Positions 1 to 11,636 of a stretch of DNA of 64,000 nt are shown here, one piece after another (positions within the stretch are counted from its first letter, which is position 1; each line of letters starts with the position of its first letter). This stretch comes from Antedon mediterranea. Its lineage: Eukaryota; Animalia; Echinodermata. The stretch lies in NCBI RefSeq assembly GCF_964355755.1, contig NC_092676.1, forward strand, positions 24,818,871-24,882,870, in the 5' to 3' direction. Made by a program: the position numbers and the translations under genes. Below the pieces are notes generated by a model. That model was not told where the DNA came from and searched no databases. It saw only the letters and a program-made list of their open reading frames with translations.

Positions 1-633
1 AAAACTAATTTTAAATAAAATGATTTTAGTATTTTTTGTACTGTACAGTATAGATATTGCAGTTCCAACCACAATCAGCATACAGGGAGTGACAACCTAC
101 ACCTTTTAACTTAATAATTTTAATAGCATTCTTTATCATATGTACTAATGGTTTAATGTTCTATCTGATGAGGCAATGAGAGTAAAGCATCATCCTCATA
201 CTAAATTAATTGTTTCATTTATCATTAATATTTACATGTAGATTAGTAATTTTCACATTAACGTTCATTGTATACATTTTGAAAAGAATAAAAACCTGTA
301 TAACACACCTTATATTTATGCAAATTTATAGATGAGAATTTGCATGAAAAAATAATCCTGCTTCTAATGTAATAGTTTGATTTATTTGACTTTAATTGAA
401 GAAAGTAATTTGTTTTATAATTTTAATCCTTGATTTTCTTAGATGTAGATGTGTGCTGCTCATGTGAAAAATTAATTATAAAATTCTCGCAATACACAAA
501 TTTCTGCACTATTATTATATCTTAAATTTATTGGAGTTTGTACTGAGAACAAGTGGTGCAAAGACCTGATTGGTTGATTTGGTAATTTATGCATAAAAGC
601 AGACTTTTGATTGGACTGTCTTTAATTTTTAAG

Positions 634-721
634 ATTGTTGATGGAGTTGTGAATGTTCGTGATGCAGTCTTGGTATCCCAGCAACCTCCTGTTGAAGAGT
701 TTAGTCAGATGAATTTGAAAG
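634..721 (+). CDS. VCL: Vinculin internal exon (end of D4 into proline-rich linker); gene starts upstream of window
   Basis: tttaag|ATT acceptor, AAG|gtttat donor; encodes IVDGVVNVRDAVLVSQQPPVEEFSQMNLK, phase-compatible with the next exon. Confidence 0.8.
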
Positions 722-840
722 GTTTATTTTCATTTTTCTTTCTTTTTTTCTTTTATTGACACATTTGCATGTAGTATTTTAGTAAGACTGAACAAACAGA
801 TTATAATAAATTAATGGATCATTTAATTTTATATTGTTAG

Positions 841-956
841 ATACACAATCAGCTCCACCACGCCCACCATCCCCAGGACCACCACCAAGGCCACCACCAC
901 CAGAGGAGGAGGAAGAGGTTCACTTTCCTAAGCCAGGACCAGATCAGCCCATCATG
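841..956 (+). CDS. VCL: Vinculin exon, proline-rich linker
   Basis: ttgttag| acceptor, ATG|gtaaga donor; DTQSAPPRPPSPGPPPRPPPPEEEEEVHFPKPGPDQPIM resembles the vinculin PPRPPPPEE...QPM linker. Confidence 0.93.
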
Positions 957-966
957 GTAAGAATAT

Positions 967-1305
967 TTATCTTTCATTAGTTCATTGTCTTTCTTTTTTT
1001 GTCTTCTTTCACATTCATTTCTTTCATTGTCTATCTTTCTTCTTACATTGTCTATATTTCTTCTTTTATTGTCTTTCTTCTTTCAATGTCTTCTTTCTTT
1101 AATCGTCTTCTTTCATTGTCTTCTTTCATTGTCTTTGTTTTATTGTCTTTCTTTTTTCATTGTCTTTCTTCTTTCAATGTCTTCTTTCTTTAATCTTCTT
1201 CTTTATTGTCTTTGTTTTATTGTCTTTCTTCTTTCATTGTCTTTCTTTCATTATCTTCCTTCTTTCATTGTCTTTCTTCTTTCATTGTATTTCTTCTTTC
1301 ATTTT
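967..1305. repeat. Pyrimidine-rich degenerate tandem repeat (TCTTTCATTG/TCTTTCT-type) filling a vinculin intron
   Basis: Repeated ttcattgtctttcttct-like units across the intron; explains the F/L/S-rich ORFs. Confidence 0.9.
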
Positions 1306-1314
1306 TTTGTCCAG

Positions 1315-1430
1315 ACTGCTGCTTATGACCTGCATCAAGAAGCCATGAAGTGGTCAAGTAAAGGAAATGACTTGATTGCTGCAGCAAAGAAGATGGCGTT
1401 ACTCATGGCTGAAATGAGCAAACATGTTAG
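1315..1430 (+). CDS. VCL: Vinculin tail (Vt) exon
   Basis: tgtccag| acceptor, |gtatgt donor; [39 protein letters not shown] is the vinculin tail signature. Confidence 0.96.
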
Positions 1431-1453
1431 GTATGTCTCTCTGTCTGTCATGC

Positions 1454-1662
1454 TGAATGGTGTAACGCTGAATGGTGTAACGCAGAGTCCTGAGGTTCCT
1501 GGTTTAGGAAGAGGAGGAGTTGCCCTCCAACGCTGGAGGCCTCAGGTGTTTTAGCCCTTTTTGGCATATTTTATTGCCTCTTTTTTCCACTGGACACTGC
1601 TCAGGAGCCATCATAAGCTCCGTTAGGGTTAGCCAGTGAGCGCTCATAGCCGTTATGCCACT
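1454..1662. mobile_element. Degraded hAT-type MITE, opposite-orientation relative of 17312-17454
   Basis: Ends aatggtgtaacg...cgttatgccact; internal gccctccaacgctgg is the reverse complement of ccagcgttggagggc near 17385; flanks tgtcatgc/tgtcatac resemble an 8-bp TSD. Confidence 0.55.
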
Positions 1663-1717
1663 TGTCATACTATTTGGTATTTATCAGTTATTGTTATCAA
1701 TATAGGAATATTAAATA

Positions 1718-1872
1718 CAGTAGAACCTCCATTAAGGGAACACCTTCGGGACCAAACAAAGCTTCCCTTAATAGAGGTGTCCCGTAGTGGTTACATATTA
1801 TATTACCTCTACTGTAGTTTGTTTTATGAGAAAGTGTTCCCTTAATAGAGGTGCCACAAAAAAGGAGTCGCC
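1718..1872. mobile_element. Tc1/mariner (pogo/Tigger-like) MITE remnant
   Basis: TA|CAGTAGAACCTC start and internal repeated ttcccttaatagaggtg; right TIR not recognisable. Confidence 0.5.
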
Positions 1873-1899
1873 TAATAAATTCTTGTTTTTGTATTACAG

Positions 1900-2023
1900 A
1901 GGAGAAGGAGGTTCAAAGAAAGAACTGATTGATTGTGCCAAAGCCATTGCAAAGGCATCAGAAGAAGTCACCAGACTTGCCAAAGAAATCACAAACAGAT
2001 GTCCAGACAAGAGAATGAAAACT
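1900..2023 (+). CDS. VCL: Vinculin tail exon
   Basis: ttacag| acceptor, |gttagt donor; GEGGSKKELIDCAKAIAKASEEVTRLAKEITNRCPDKRMKT. Confidence 0.95.
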
Positions 2024-2215
2024 GTTAGTATACAAATAATGAATCTTTATGAGTGTAATGGTACAAATAATGGGGTGAATGATGAAATATAACCTTTTAA
2101 TATTGAACGGCCGTACTATTGCATGCCATGTGACCCACAATCGCCCAATCAAATGACTTTGAACTTAGAACCAGTATATCACATCATTATGTTTTGTCTT
2201 ACTTTTTGTTTGTAG

Positions 2216-2306
2216 AATCTTTTCCAAGTTTGCGAACGTATTCCAACGATGGCAACACAACTAAAGATTTTATCAACCGTAAAAGCTACTATGTTAGGGT
2301 GTCAAG
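2216..2306 (+). CDS. VCL: Vinculin tail exon
   Basis: tttgtag| acceptor, G|gtaatc donor; [30 protein letters not shown]. Confidence 0.96.
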
Positions 2307-2332
2307 GTAATCTAGTTGTATCCCACTTCTTA

Positions 2333-2448
2333 AGCTCTGTCTACACTATCAATCAACTGCACTGTGTGCCCATATATGGGCATGATGATGTCATATCACT
2401 ACCATATTTGGCCACATCACAAACTAGTTTGATAGTATAGACAATGCT
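2333..2448. mobile_element. PIF/Harbinger (Tourist-like) MITE family H1 copy
   Basis: TIR AGCTCTGTCTACACTATCAA...TTGATAGTATAGACAATGCT, TTA/TTA TSD. Confidence 0.8.
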
Positions 2449-2567
2449 TTAAACTAGAAGTTTATTGTGATTTATATCTATAATTATAGACAATCCTACC
2501 ACTAGCCTAGGTTTCAATGTGTTTATTTTATTATTCTAAGTTTGATAATTTATTTTGTTATTTAAAG

Positions 2568-2734
2568 ACTCCGAAGAAGATCAAGAAGCGACAGAGATGC
2601 TGGTAGGGAACGCTCAAAACCTGATGCAGTCTGTGAAAGAGACGGTACGTGCAGCCGAAGCAGCTTCCATTAAAATCCGCACAGATGCGGGTCACAAACT
2701 CCGCTGGGTCCGTCGCAATCCCTGGTATCAATAA
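2568..2734 (+). CDS. VCL: Vinculin last coding exon
   Basis: [55 protein letters not shown] carries the canonical vinculin PWYQ C-terminus. Confidence 0.97.
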
Positions 2735-3933
2735 GTTATTCAATAACATATTCCTGCTTTATTCTTTTCTACTTAATTGGCGTACCATACCTGGAGCACT
2801 GCCTTATAAGGGTATATGTTCTAATCAATGCACTTCACTTCTCTAAGAATATGACACAATAATTTATATTATATTTAAGTCAAATCTAGGGTACCATACT
2901 TAAGCCCTGTATGGCTGAAAAATGTTGCTGGTTTGAATAGAAATTTATCATGCATATTTTTTATAGAACTTCCTCTTAAAAAACAGTATGGACACTGTAC
3001 ATAAAAAATGTTCAAAGATAAAATATTTAACAATTAAAACAATAAATGGTAGTAATTTAAATTTTAACTTTATATATTAATAATAATGTAATAATGAACC
3101 GGCTTTTAAAATGTAAAGATATATATGCCTTGAATTTGGTATTGTACATTGGAACTTGTATTCAATTACTCATCATTTTGGAAAGTTAACATTTTATAAG
3201 AAATTTGTATTACAGAATTAATTAATGTATTAATTTGTTTTCAGAACAATTTAGTGGAATTGTATAGTTTATATATTAACTATAGAGTTAGTAGAATTAT
3301 AAACGTGCTAGGCCGGTTTAGTTTTTTATTCAAATATTTATTCATACCTTACAGTCCTCTGATAAATTCTCAAAATGTACAATGTCCCTTAAATTTGTCT
3401 TAGAGAAAAGAAAATAGTCAAACTGTACAATTTAAGCATTGTTCCTTAATTGTGATGAAATAACCAAGCTTGACACAAGTATAGACATTTCTGAATAGTT
3501 CAATCAATTTTAAAATAAACTAGTTTGTATTTTTGTTTAATGTTTTTATAAATAATGTAGTTAACATAATAAATTATGAATTTATAGATTATATAGAAAT
3601 AGAAATTTATATAATAATATCGTGTGTAAGTAGAATTAATTAATAAATAGAAAGTTAGTGATGTGTTTGGAATATAAACAAATGTTTTTGATATGCAAAC
3701 AATTCTGAAGGAAATTCTGGGGACAAAATACATCTTTAATAATGTATTAGCAGATGAAAACAGTAGGGGTCAGTCATCTATAGTATATTGTAATTGTTTT
3801 GTTTCCTATCAGTATTATGCAGTTCATCGTTAAAGGTTAAATCTTAAGTAAGAGTGATTTTATCTTGTATTTGCTTGTATTACTTTTTTTCCTATTGAAA
3901 ATTAACAATATTATCTTTAAAATGGTGCTCGTC

Positions 3934-3939
3934 AATAAA
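3934..3939 (+). terminator. Candidate distal vinculin polyadenylation signal
   Basis: AATAAA at the end of an AT-rich 3'UTR-like tract; earlier AATAAA hexamers (e.g. 3041) also exist. Confidence 0.4.
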
Positions 3940-4171
3940 ACCTTCAGCCAAGTTGGTTAACTTTAAAAAACATGTTTAACAAAGTACATTTTCCAATTTG
4001 GAGTTTTTTATATTTTGTTGACTATAGTAAAAGAATTTACATGAAACATGACAATATTAGCACATACTCAATTGTTTAAAATCCATATAAGGATAATTTA
4101 AACAATTGTGAACATTTCAAGAAAAAAAATTGCCAAATTATAGTAACCATAAATAATAAAATAATAAACAG

Positions 4172-4290
4172 TATTTATATAGCGCCTAATGGATCACTGA
4201 CCCCTCTAGGTGCTTTACATTAGACCTTAACTAATGGGAATAAACTATACCCCGCCGGACACCATTCCGGTATTTCTTAGTCGAGGTTTC
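4172..4290 (-). mobile_element. 3' tail of an L2-type LINE/SINE
   Basis: Minus strand reads tgtaaagcacctagag...ttaggcgctatataaata, the same tail type as the SINEs at 15765 and 17016. Confidence 0.5.
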
Positions 4291-4321
4291 GGGGATGGAG
4301 ACAATCAATAATGTGGAAAAA

Positions 4322-7300
4322 AAATGGTTACTATAGCACAACAAACATGCGCAGAGTCGAATAGTGCGTTTTGCGCATGTTAATTGTGCTATAGTAACCA
4401 GTTTTGACATAAATAGTTACTATAGTTCGAAAAATGGCTGATTTCCGATCCTTTTATATTTTGACATAAATGGTTACTATTGCATAATAATGTTTATTAT
4501 GCTATAGTAACCATTTATGTCAATTGTGTTATAGTAACCAGTTTTGACATAAATGGTTACTATTGCATAATAAACATGCGCAGAGACGAATAATGGGTTC
4601 TGCGCATGTCAATTGTGCTATAGTAACCAGTTTTGACATAAATGGTTACTATAGCATAATAAACATGCGCAGAGACGAATAATGGGTTCTGCGCATGTCA
4701 ATTGTGCTATAGTAACCAGTTTTATTGAAAAATTTAAAGGTCGAAAATTTGCAATTTTTTTTAAAAAAATCCCTGTACTATATATAGTACAGGGAAATTT
4801 TCGAAAAATGGCCGATTTAAGACCCTTTTATATTTTGGCATAAATGGTTACTATTGTATAATAAACATGCGCAGAGACGAATAATGGGTTCTGCGCATGT
4901 CAATTGTGCTATAGTAACCAGTTTTGACATAAATGTACTATAGCATAATAAACATGCGCAGAGGCGACTCATGGGTTCTGCGCATGTTAATTGTGCTATA
5001 GTAACCAGTTTTATCGAAAAATAAAAAGATCGAAAATTGGCCATTTTAAAAAAAAAATCCTTGTACTATAGTACAGGGAAATTTTCGAAAAATAGCCGAT
5101 TTTCGACTATTTTATTTTTTGACATAAATGGTGACCATAACACAATAAACATGCGCAGAAGCGAATAATGGGTTCTGCGCATGTCAATTGTGCTATAGTA
5201 ACCAGTTTTATCGAAAAATAAAAAGGTCGAAAAATTGCGATTTTTTTTTAAAAAATCCCTGTACTATAGTACAGGGAAATTTTCGACAAATGGGCGATTT
5301 TCAACCCTCTTATTTTTTGACATAAATGGTTACTATTGCATAATAAACATGCGCAGAGACGAATAATGGGCTCTGCGAATGTCAATTGTGCTATAGTAAC
5401 CAGTTTTGACATAAATGGTTACTATAGCATAATAAACATGCGCAGAGGCGAATAATGGGTTCTGCGCATGTCAATTGCGCTATATTAACCAGTTTTGACA
5501 TAAATGGTTACTATAGCATAATAAACATGCGCAGAGTCGAATAGTGGGTTCTGCGCATGTCAATTGTGCTATAGTAACCAGTTTTATCGAAAAATAAAAA
5601 GGTAGAAAATTTGCCATTTTTTTGGAAAAAATCCCTTTACTATATTTAGGAAATTTTAGAAAAATGGCCGATTTTCAACCCTCTTATTTTTTGACATAAA
5701 TGGTTACTATTGCATAATAAACATGCGCAGAGACGAATAATGGGCTCTGCGAATGTCAATTGTGCTATAGTAACCAGTTTTGACATAAATGGTTACTATA
5801 GCATAATAAACATGCGCAGAGGCGAATAATGGGTTCTGCGCATGTCAATTGTGCTATAGTAACCAGTTTTATCGAAAAATAAAAAGGTAGAAAATTTGCC
5901 ATTTTTTTGGAAAAAATCCCTTTACTATAGTACAGGGAAATTTTCGAAAAATGGCCGATTTTCGACCCTTTTATATTTTGACAAATGGTTACTATTGCAT
6001 AATAAACATGCGCAGAGACGAATAATGGGTTCTGCGCATGTCAATTGTGCTATAGTAACCAGTTTTATTATGCTATAGTAACCATGTATGTCAAAAGTGG
6101 TTACTTTTGACATAAATGGTTACTATAGCACAATAAACATGCGCAGAGGCGAATAATGGGTTCTGCGCATGTCAATTGTGGTATAGTAACCAGTTTTATC
6201 GAAAAATAAAAAGGTCGAAAATTTGCAATTTTTTGGAAAAAATCCCTGTACTATAGTACAGGAAAATGTTCAAAAAATGGCCGATTTTCGACCCTTTTAT
6301 TTTTTGGCATAAATGGTTACTATTGCATAATAAACATGCGCAGAGGCGAATAATAAGTTCTGCGCATGCCAATTGCGCGATATTAACCAGTTTTGACATA
6401 AATGGTTACTATAGCATAATAAACATGCGCAGAGGCGAATAATGGGTTCTGCGCATGTCAATTGTGGTATAGTAACCAGTTTTATCGAAAAATAAAAAGG
6501 TCGAAAATTTGCAATTTTTTGGAAAAAATCCCTGTACTATAGTACAGGAAAATGTTCAAAAAATGGCCGATTTTCGACCCTTTTATTTGTTGGCATAAAT
6601 GGTTACTATTGCATAATAAACATGCGCAGAGGCGAATAATAAGTTCTGCGCATGCCAATTGCGCGATATTAACCAGTTTTGACATAAATGGTTACTATAG
6701 CATAATAAACATGCGCAGAGGCGAATAATGGGTTCTGCGCATGTCAATTGTGGTATAGTAACCAGTTTTATCGAAAAATAAAAAGGTCGAAAATTTGCAA
6801 TTTTTTTGAAAAAATCCCTGTACTATAGTACAGGGAAATTTTCGAAAAATGGCCGATTTAAGACCCTTTTATATTTTGGCATAAATGGTTACTATTGTAT
6901 AATAAACATGCGCAGAGACGAATAATGGGTTCTGCGCATGTCAATTGTGCTATAGTAACCAGTTTTATCGAAAAATAAAAAGGTCGAAAATTTGCAATTT
7001 TAAAAAAAAAAATCCCTGTACTATAGTACAGGGAAATTTTCGACAAATGGGCGATTTTCAACCCTCTTATTTTTTGACATAAATGGTTACTATTGCATAA
7101 TAAACATGCGCAGAGACGAATAATGGGCTCTGCGAATGTCAATTGTGCTATAGTAACCAGTTTTGACATAAATGGTTACTATAGCATAATAAACATGCGC
7201 AGAGGCGAATAATGGGTTCTGCGCATGTCAATTGCGCTATATTAACCAGTTTTGACATAAATGGTTACTATAGCATAATAAACATGCGCAGAGTCGAATA

Positions 7301-7740
7301 GTGGGTTCTGCGCATGTCAATTGTGCTATAGTAACCAGTTTTATCGAAAAATAAAAAGGTAGAAAATTTGCCATTTTTTTGGAAAAAATCCCTTTACTAT
7401 ATTTAGGAAATTTTCGAAAAATTGCCGATTTTCAACCCTCTTATTTTTTGACATAAATGGTTACTATTGCATAATAAACATGCGCAGAGACGAATAATGG
7501 GTTCTGCGCATGTCAATTGTGCTATAGTAACCAGTTTTGACATAAATGGTTACTATAGCATAATAAATATGCGCAGAGGCGAATACTGGGTTCTGCAAAT
7601 GTCAATTGTGCTATAGTAACCAGTTTTATCGAAAAATAAAAAGGTCGAAAATTTGCCCTCTTATTTTTTGACATAAATGGTTACTATTGCATAATAAACA
7701 TGCGCAGAGACGAATAATGGGTTCTGCGCATGTCAATTGA
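4322..7740. repeat. Higher-order tandem array of two palindromic units (A, 89 bp, ~24 copies; B, ~108 bp, ~10 copies)
   Basis: A: GGTTACTATAGCATAATAAACATGCGCAGA...TCTGCGCATGTCAATTGTGCTATAGTAACC; B centred on CCCTGTACTATAGTACAGGG; A period 4546->4635; AAB period 286 (near-identical ORFs at 6196 and 6482). Confidence 0.95.
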
Positions 7741-8394
7741 TGTTTTGCCCCAAAAATAAGTAGTTAACAGTCAAAATGTAATATTTTTTTACATGGATAT
7801 ACCCAGTGGGTTGTACACTACACTACACTACACTTTTATGTTGGTTCGGTGGGCTTTGCTATGTTTTTTTGGAGGTTTGCGGGGTTTAGCAATACCTGAT
7901 AATAGTAAACATTTTTGTCAATTATTTTTACAGGGATTTTTTTCTAAAAATGGCCAAGATACACACTTTTTAAAATACTAATTATTTAATAGTATGCAAT
8001 AATATTACTATGGGCATATATTGCGTTATCATCATCTTATAGACGTATAGTAACCATTCATGTCAATTATTTTTGTTTTAATGGGATTATTTAACATTAT
8101 CTATTCTATTGAGGTAACATGCGCAGACTATATTATTTGATTAAGCAAATTATTATAATTAAAAATAATAAATAATAATTTAATAATATTATGATAGTCA
8201 AGTTCACATATATTTAGCCACCAACAAAAGAAAAACAGTCTGGAATTGCAATGCATTTTTTTGTAGTCAATTTATAAAAATATGACATTTTGAGACCTGC
8301 ACTGTGCTAGTAGAGGTTTGTGTAGTCACAACAATGCGCTTTTATTTCATGAGAAAATAATTAGGCAATGATACATTATTATGTAAACAACATC

Positions 8395-8400
8395 TTTATT
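8395..8400 (-). terminator. Candidate akirin polyadenylation signal
   Basis: tttatt on + strand (AATAAA on -) at the end of a ~2.4 kb AT-rich 3'UTR-like tract. Confidence 0.4.
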
Positions 8401-8576
8401 GAATAATCTCCAAACACTAAAATGAAACAACAGGTGTAAACAATATACAAAAAAAAAAGCGTATTAGGTACACAGGAAAACTGAATGTTTAAAATGTCCC
8501 ACCAAGACAGTCTGCGCATGCTCAGAAATGCAATAAGAGCAGGTTGTTGTTGAATTATTGCAGTATACGAGTATTA

Positions 8577-8850
8577 AGCTTTGTTCCCACTAGGACACAA
8601 CGCAAGTGGTTGGACCAATCACAAGTGATGAATTATTCAAACTTGCGCTTGTTGCAGGTCAACAGGTTAAAATTGCACCTAAAGCTCTGTCTACACTATC
8701 AAACTTAATGTTAAAAAACAAATGCGATGTGCCCATGGACATGTCATATTACTACCATATTTGGGCACATCACATTTTTTTTTAAACTAGTTTGATAGTG
8801 TAGACAGAGCTTAAATCCTTGCGTTGCTTCCCTAATTGAAACCAAATTTT
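8577..8850. mobile_element. MITE of the 'cccactag...caacgcaag' family, interrupted by an H1 copy
   Basis: ttcccactaggacacaacgcaag before, and ccttgcgttgcttccctaattgaaacc after, the H1 insert; homologous to 60951-61155. Confidence 0.55.
8683..8811. mobile_element. Harbinger MITE H1 copy (nested)
   Basis: Perfect 23-bp TIR AGCTCTGTCTACACTATCAAACT, TAA/TAA TSD. Confidence 0.88.
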
Positions 8851-9547
8851 AGCATTAGTATAAAACGAAAAATCTGGTATTTGGTGATCTTTTCAAACTA
8901 CTACAACAAATACTATAGTATACCATGTGTTAGTGTAGATTATCATTTGCTTAAATTCCTTCATTTAAAACTTAACCTAATTAGGCCTAAAAGGGTATGC
9001 TTGCCGTTCATATTAAAATTGTGAATTTGGAAGGCTGGAAGAACGCCCACAAAGTTTGAGAAATAAATTTTCTTAAAATGAGTACATAAAAGTACGTATG
9101 CCACTTTAAAGTACAACAAAATCACAGAAAAACATTTTTTTTGTTGCAGATGATGGCAAACAAGTTTGTTTTCACCTTAAGAAACTATCAGATGTATTGT
9201 TAAAATATTAACAAATAATACATATATACACCATCTTCTTCATTCACAAAAATCCTACCCATTCAATATATTAGGAGATAACTAAAGTGGTTCTTGTGAT
9301 GAAATTATTTTGATTTTTCTTTTTACCTTGTAATGCAAAGCAAAGCTACTCTATGTTAAAGTGAAATTATGATTTTGTTTAATTTATTTTTAAAAAACCC
9401 TAAATTATTAAGTTTCATTGAATCATCGTACAATTTATTTTTCATTCGGATATTACAAAATGTAAAGAAGCGCAAAACAAATGTTTCATCTCAAATTGTT
9501 TTGGCGATCATAAAAAGGAGCAATTTAGTTTGAACACTTTTTGTTTA

Positions 9548-9647
9548 AGCTCTGTCTTCACTATCAAATTATATGGTAGTATTATGCCAAATATGGTAGT
9601 GATATGACATATATGGGCACATAAAGTTTGAAAGTGTAGACAGAGCT
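9548..9647. mobile_element. Harbinger MITE H1 copy in the putative akirin 3'UTR
   Basis: TIRs present, TTA/TTA TSD. Confidence 0.82.
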
Positions 9648-10780
9648 TTATATTCCAATTTTACCCCTTCCCAACAAACCATCTCTAAAAACATGAAAGC
9701 AAAATTGCTTGATTTAAAAGATATAAAAAAAAGTAAAAACTACAATTTTTTCCTGAAAACATTTTTTTTTCTTAATTATATCTTTATCATTGAAACAAAA
9801 AAACTGACCAAAATGATTATCAAATAATTACAAGTGATGTGTATTCTTACACCAAATATGGTAAATATATTACATTTTAAATTAGTTGACTTTCCTACTT
9901 TGGTAAGTTTCTGGCAGTAAGCTCAATTTATAATATGAAGGCGTTAATTACAGTATACATTTATAGATTCCAGCTCACAGTATCCACTAGCCACATCATT
10001 TAATGTTGACCAACTTTAAAACCAAATAATGGTGCCCTTACTTAGATACTGTATGTCAAAATATACTGCAATTCACTTAGATACTGTATCATATTATGTA
10101 GATTACTGTAATATTCCATTTTCGACAGGGTTCACAATGTAACACTATGGTATATAGATTACCATTTACAGTATCTCAAACTTGTCATATAGTATACATA
10201 CAGTAATTACTGTTTATTTAACAGTATATGTGTTAGTAATAATATATCTGCATGTAATCGTTATTATTGAGGTATAATCAATTAGCTATATGGGATTTCT
10301 TTTTTCACATGGAATATAAATTTGTTTTTTCGGTATGTTTTCTGGAAATAAACAGTAACATTACAATGATTGGAAGGTGCGCCATAAATATCTTGCCAAA
10401 ATATAGCTTCTTTCACCTCATTTAAATATGTTAATTAGCACCAGCATTTAATTATTAATATTTATGATTTACACGTACAGTACCCGTGACTTTGTACAGA
10501 GGTGTAGTGTTTACACAAATTGCATGACGGCTTTCTTTTGATCCAGTGTGAGTTTTAAACTTGCATACTCTATTCGGTGCGTAGCTTGTTGTAAATAAAA
10601 TGTGTATGTTAAGACCCTTCAAATGATGATACTGTCATTGCATTGAGAAAGCCTAACCTTGCTTGTGATATAAGCTTAAATATTTCGTGGATCAAAACTA
10701 ATGTACTTCCAAACATCGTTGCTGAGTCAATTTTTGTTACTTTGACTTTACTTGAATAAAACTGAGGTTGATGCCTTTAT

Positions 10781-10791
10781 TTAAGATACAT
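10781..10791 (-). CDS. AKIRIN: Akirin last coding exon (YVS*)
   Basis: ttttgcag|AT GTA TCT TAA completes the conserved akirin SYVS C-terminus. Confidence 0.9.
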
Positions 10792-10925
10792 CTGCAAAAT
10801 TCAACAATATCACAAATTATAATAGTACAAAATAAAAAAAAATCATATTAACATCATACCAGCCCATTATTTTGAATTCAGTAATATTATGGATAATATT
10901 ATATTTTCTTCCAATGTATACTTAC

Positions 10926-10997
10926 ATGATGCTGTCGATTGGCCAAATTGTCTATGAATTTGGTCGTAAGTAAATCGAACAAATGCATCGTATTGTT
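10926..10997 (-). CDS. AKIRIN: Akirin exon 3
   Basis: ttttag| acceptor, |gtaagt donor; EQYDAFVRFTYDQIHRQFGQSTAS. Confidence 0.95.
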
Positions 10998-11099
10998 CTA
11001 AAAATGAAAACATATTTAAAATATATTTGAATAAAACGATTTAGATTACTATAAATTTTTGAGACAAAATAAACAACTACTGTACTGTACAGTACTCTA

Positions 11100-11266
11100 A
11101 CCCCATCTACACTATCGAACTAGTGTGATGTGCCTAAATATGGTAGTGATATACCCAAATATGGTAGTGATATACCCAAATATGGTACTGTATGACATCA
11201 TCATGTCCATATATGGGCACATCACATTGTTTTGTCACATAAATTTTGATTAGTGTAGACAAAGCT
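11100..11266. mobile_element. Harbinger MITE H1 copy with internal 21-bp repeats, in an akirin intron
   Basis: tctacactatcgaact...tagtgtagacaaagct; repeated aaatatggtagtgatatac. Confidence 0.75.
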
Positions 11267-11303
11267 TCATAATAATGTTAAGGTTTGCTTTAGGTTGACT
11301 TAC

Positions 11304-11636
11304 CAGATATTTTTTCATTGAGAATTTTCTCATATTCTTCTTTCATCTGGCAGTCACGCTCTTTCAAAATACGTTCACATATTATAAGCACTTGTTTTAG
11401 CGTAAATAGTGGCTGTTCTTTTCGGCCGGCGGCAGCATCGGCGTTACCGGTATTCATACTTGTTGACGGGCCAGCCGACGACGACGGAGAGTCGGGATAG
11501 TTTGATTGCACAAGTTCTTGTGATGATGAGGCCATTGTTTCAGATACATTACAATTGGAAAAACTATCTTCTGCCGCAAGCTTCTTTTTTCTTTGTATTT
11601 TTCTCCATTCAATAGTTATACTATTTGCTAATTGTT
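11304..11636 (-). CDS. AKIRIN: Akirin exon 2
   Basis: tttag| acceptor, G|gtaagt donor; EQLANSITIEWRKIQRKKKL...KEQPLFTLKQVLIICERILKERDCQMKEEYEKILNEKIS. Confidence 0.95.

Noticed and set aside
985-1314. Hydrophobic N-terminal part of the 189-aa ORF as a membrane protein
   Set aside because: It is an intronic pyrimidine repeat that happens to be in frame with the vinculin exon at 1315
1315-1430. Metavinculin-type insert exon
   Set aside because: KWSSK and GNDLI are contiguous in one exon, so there is no intron at the vertebrate insertion point
4817-7169. Repeated ORFs (…KLVTIAQLTCAEPIIRLCACLL…)
   Set aside because: Translations of the tandem array; frames break at homopolymer indels and there is no exon structure
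4322-7740. CRISPR-like repeat-spacer array
   Set aside because: The segments between palindromes are themselves repeated rather than unique spacers, there are no cas genes, and the context is eukaryotic
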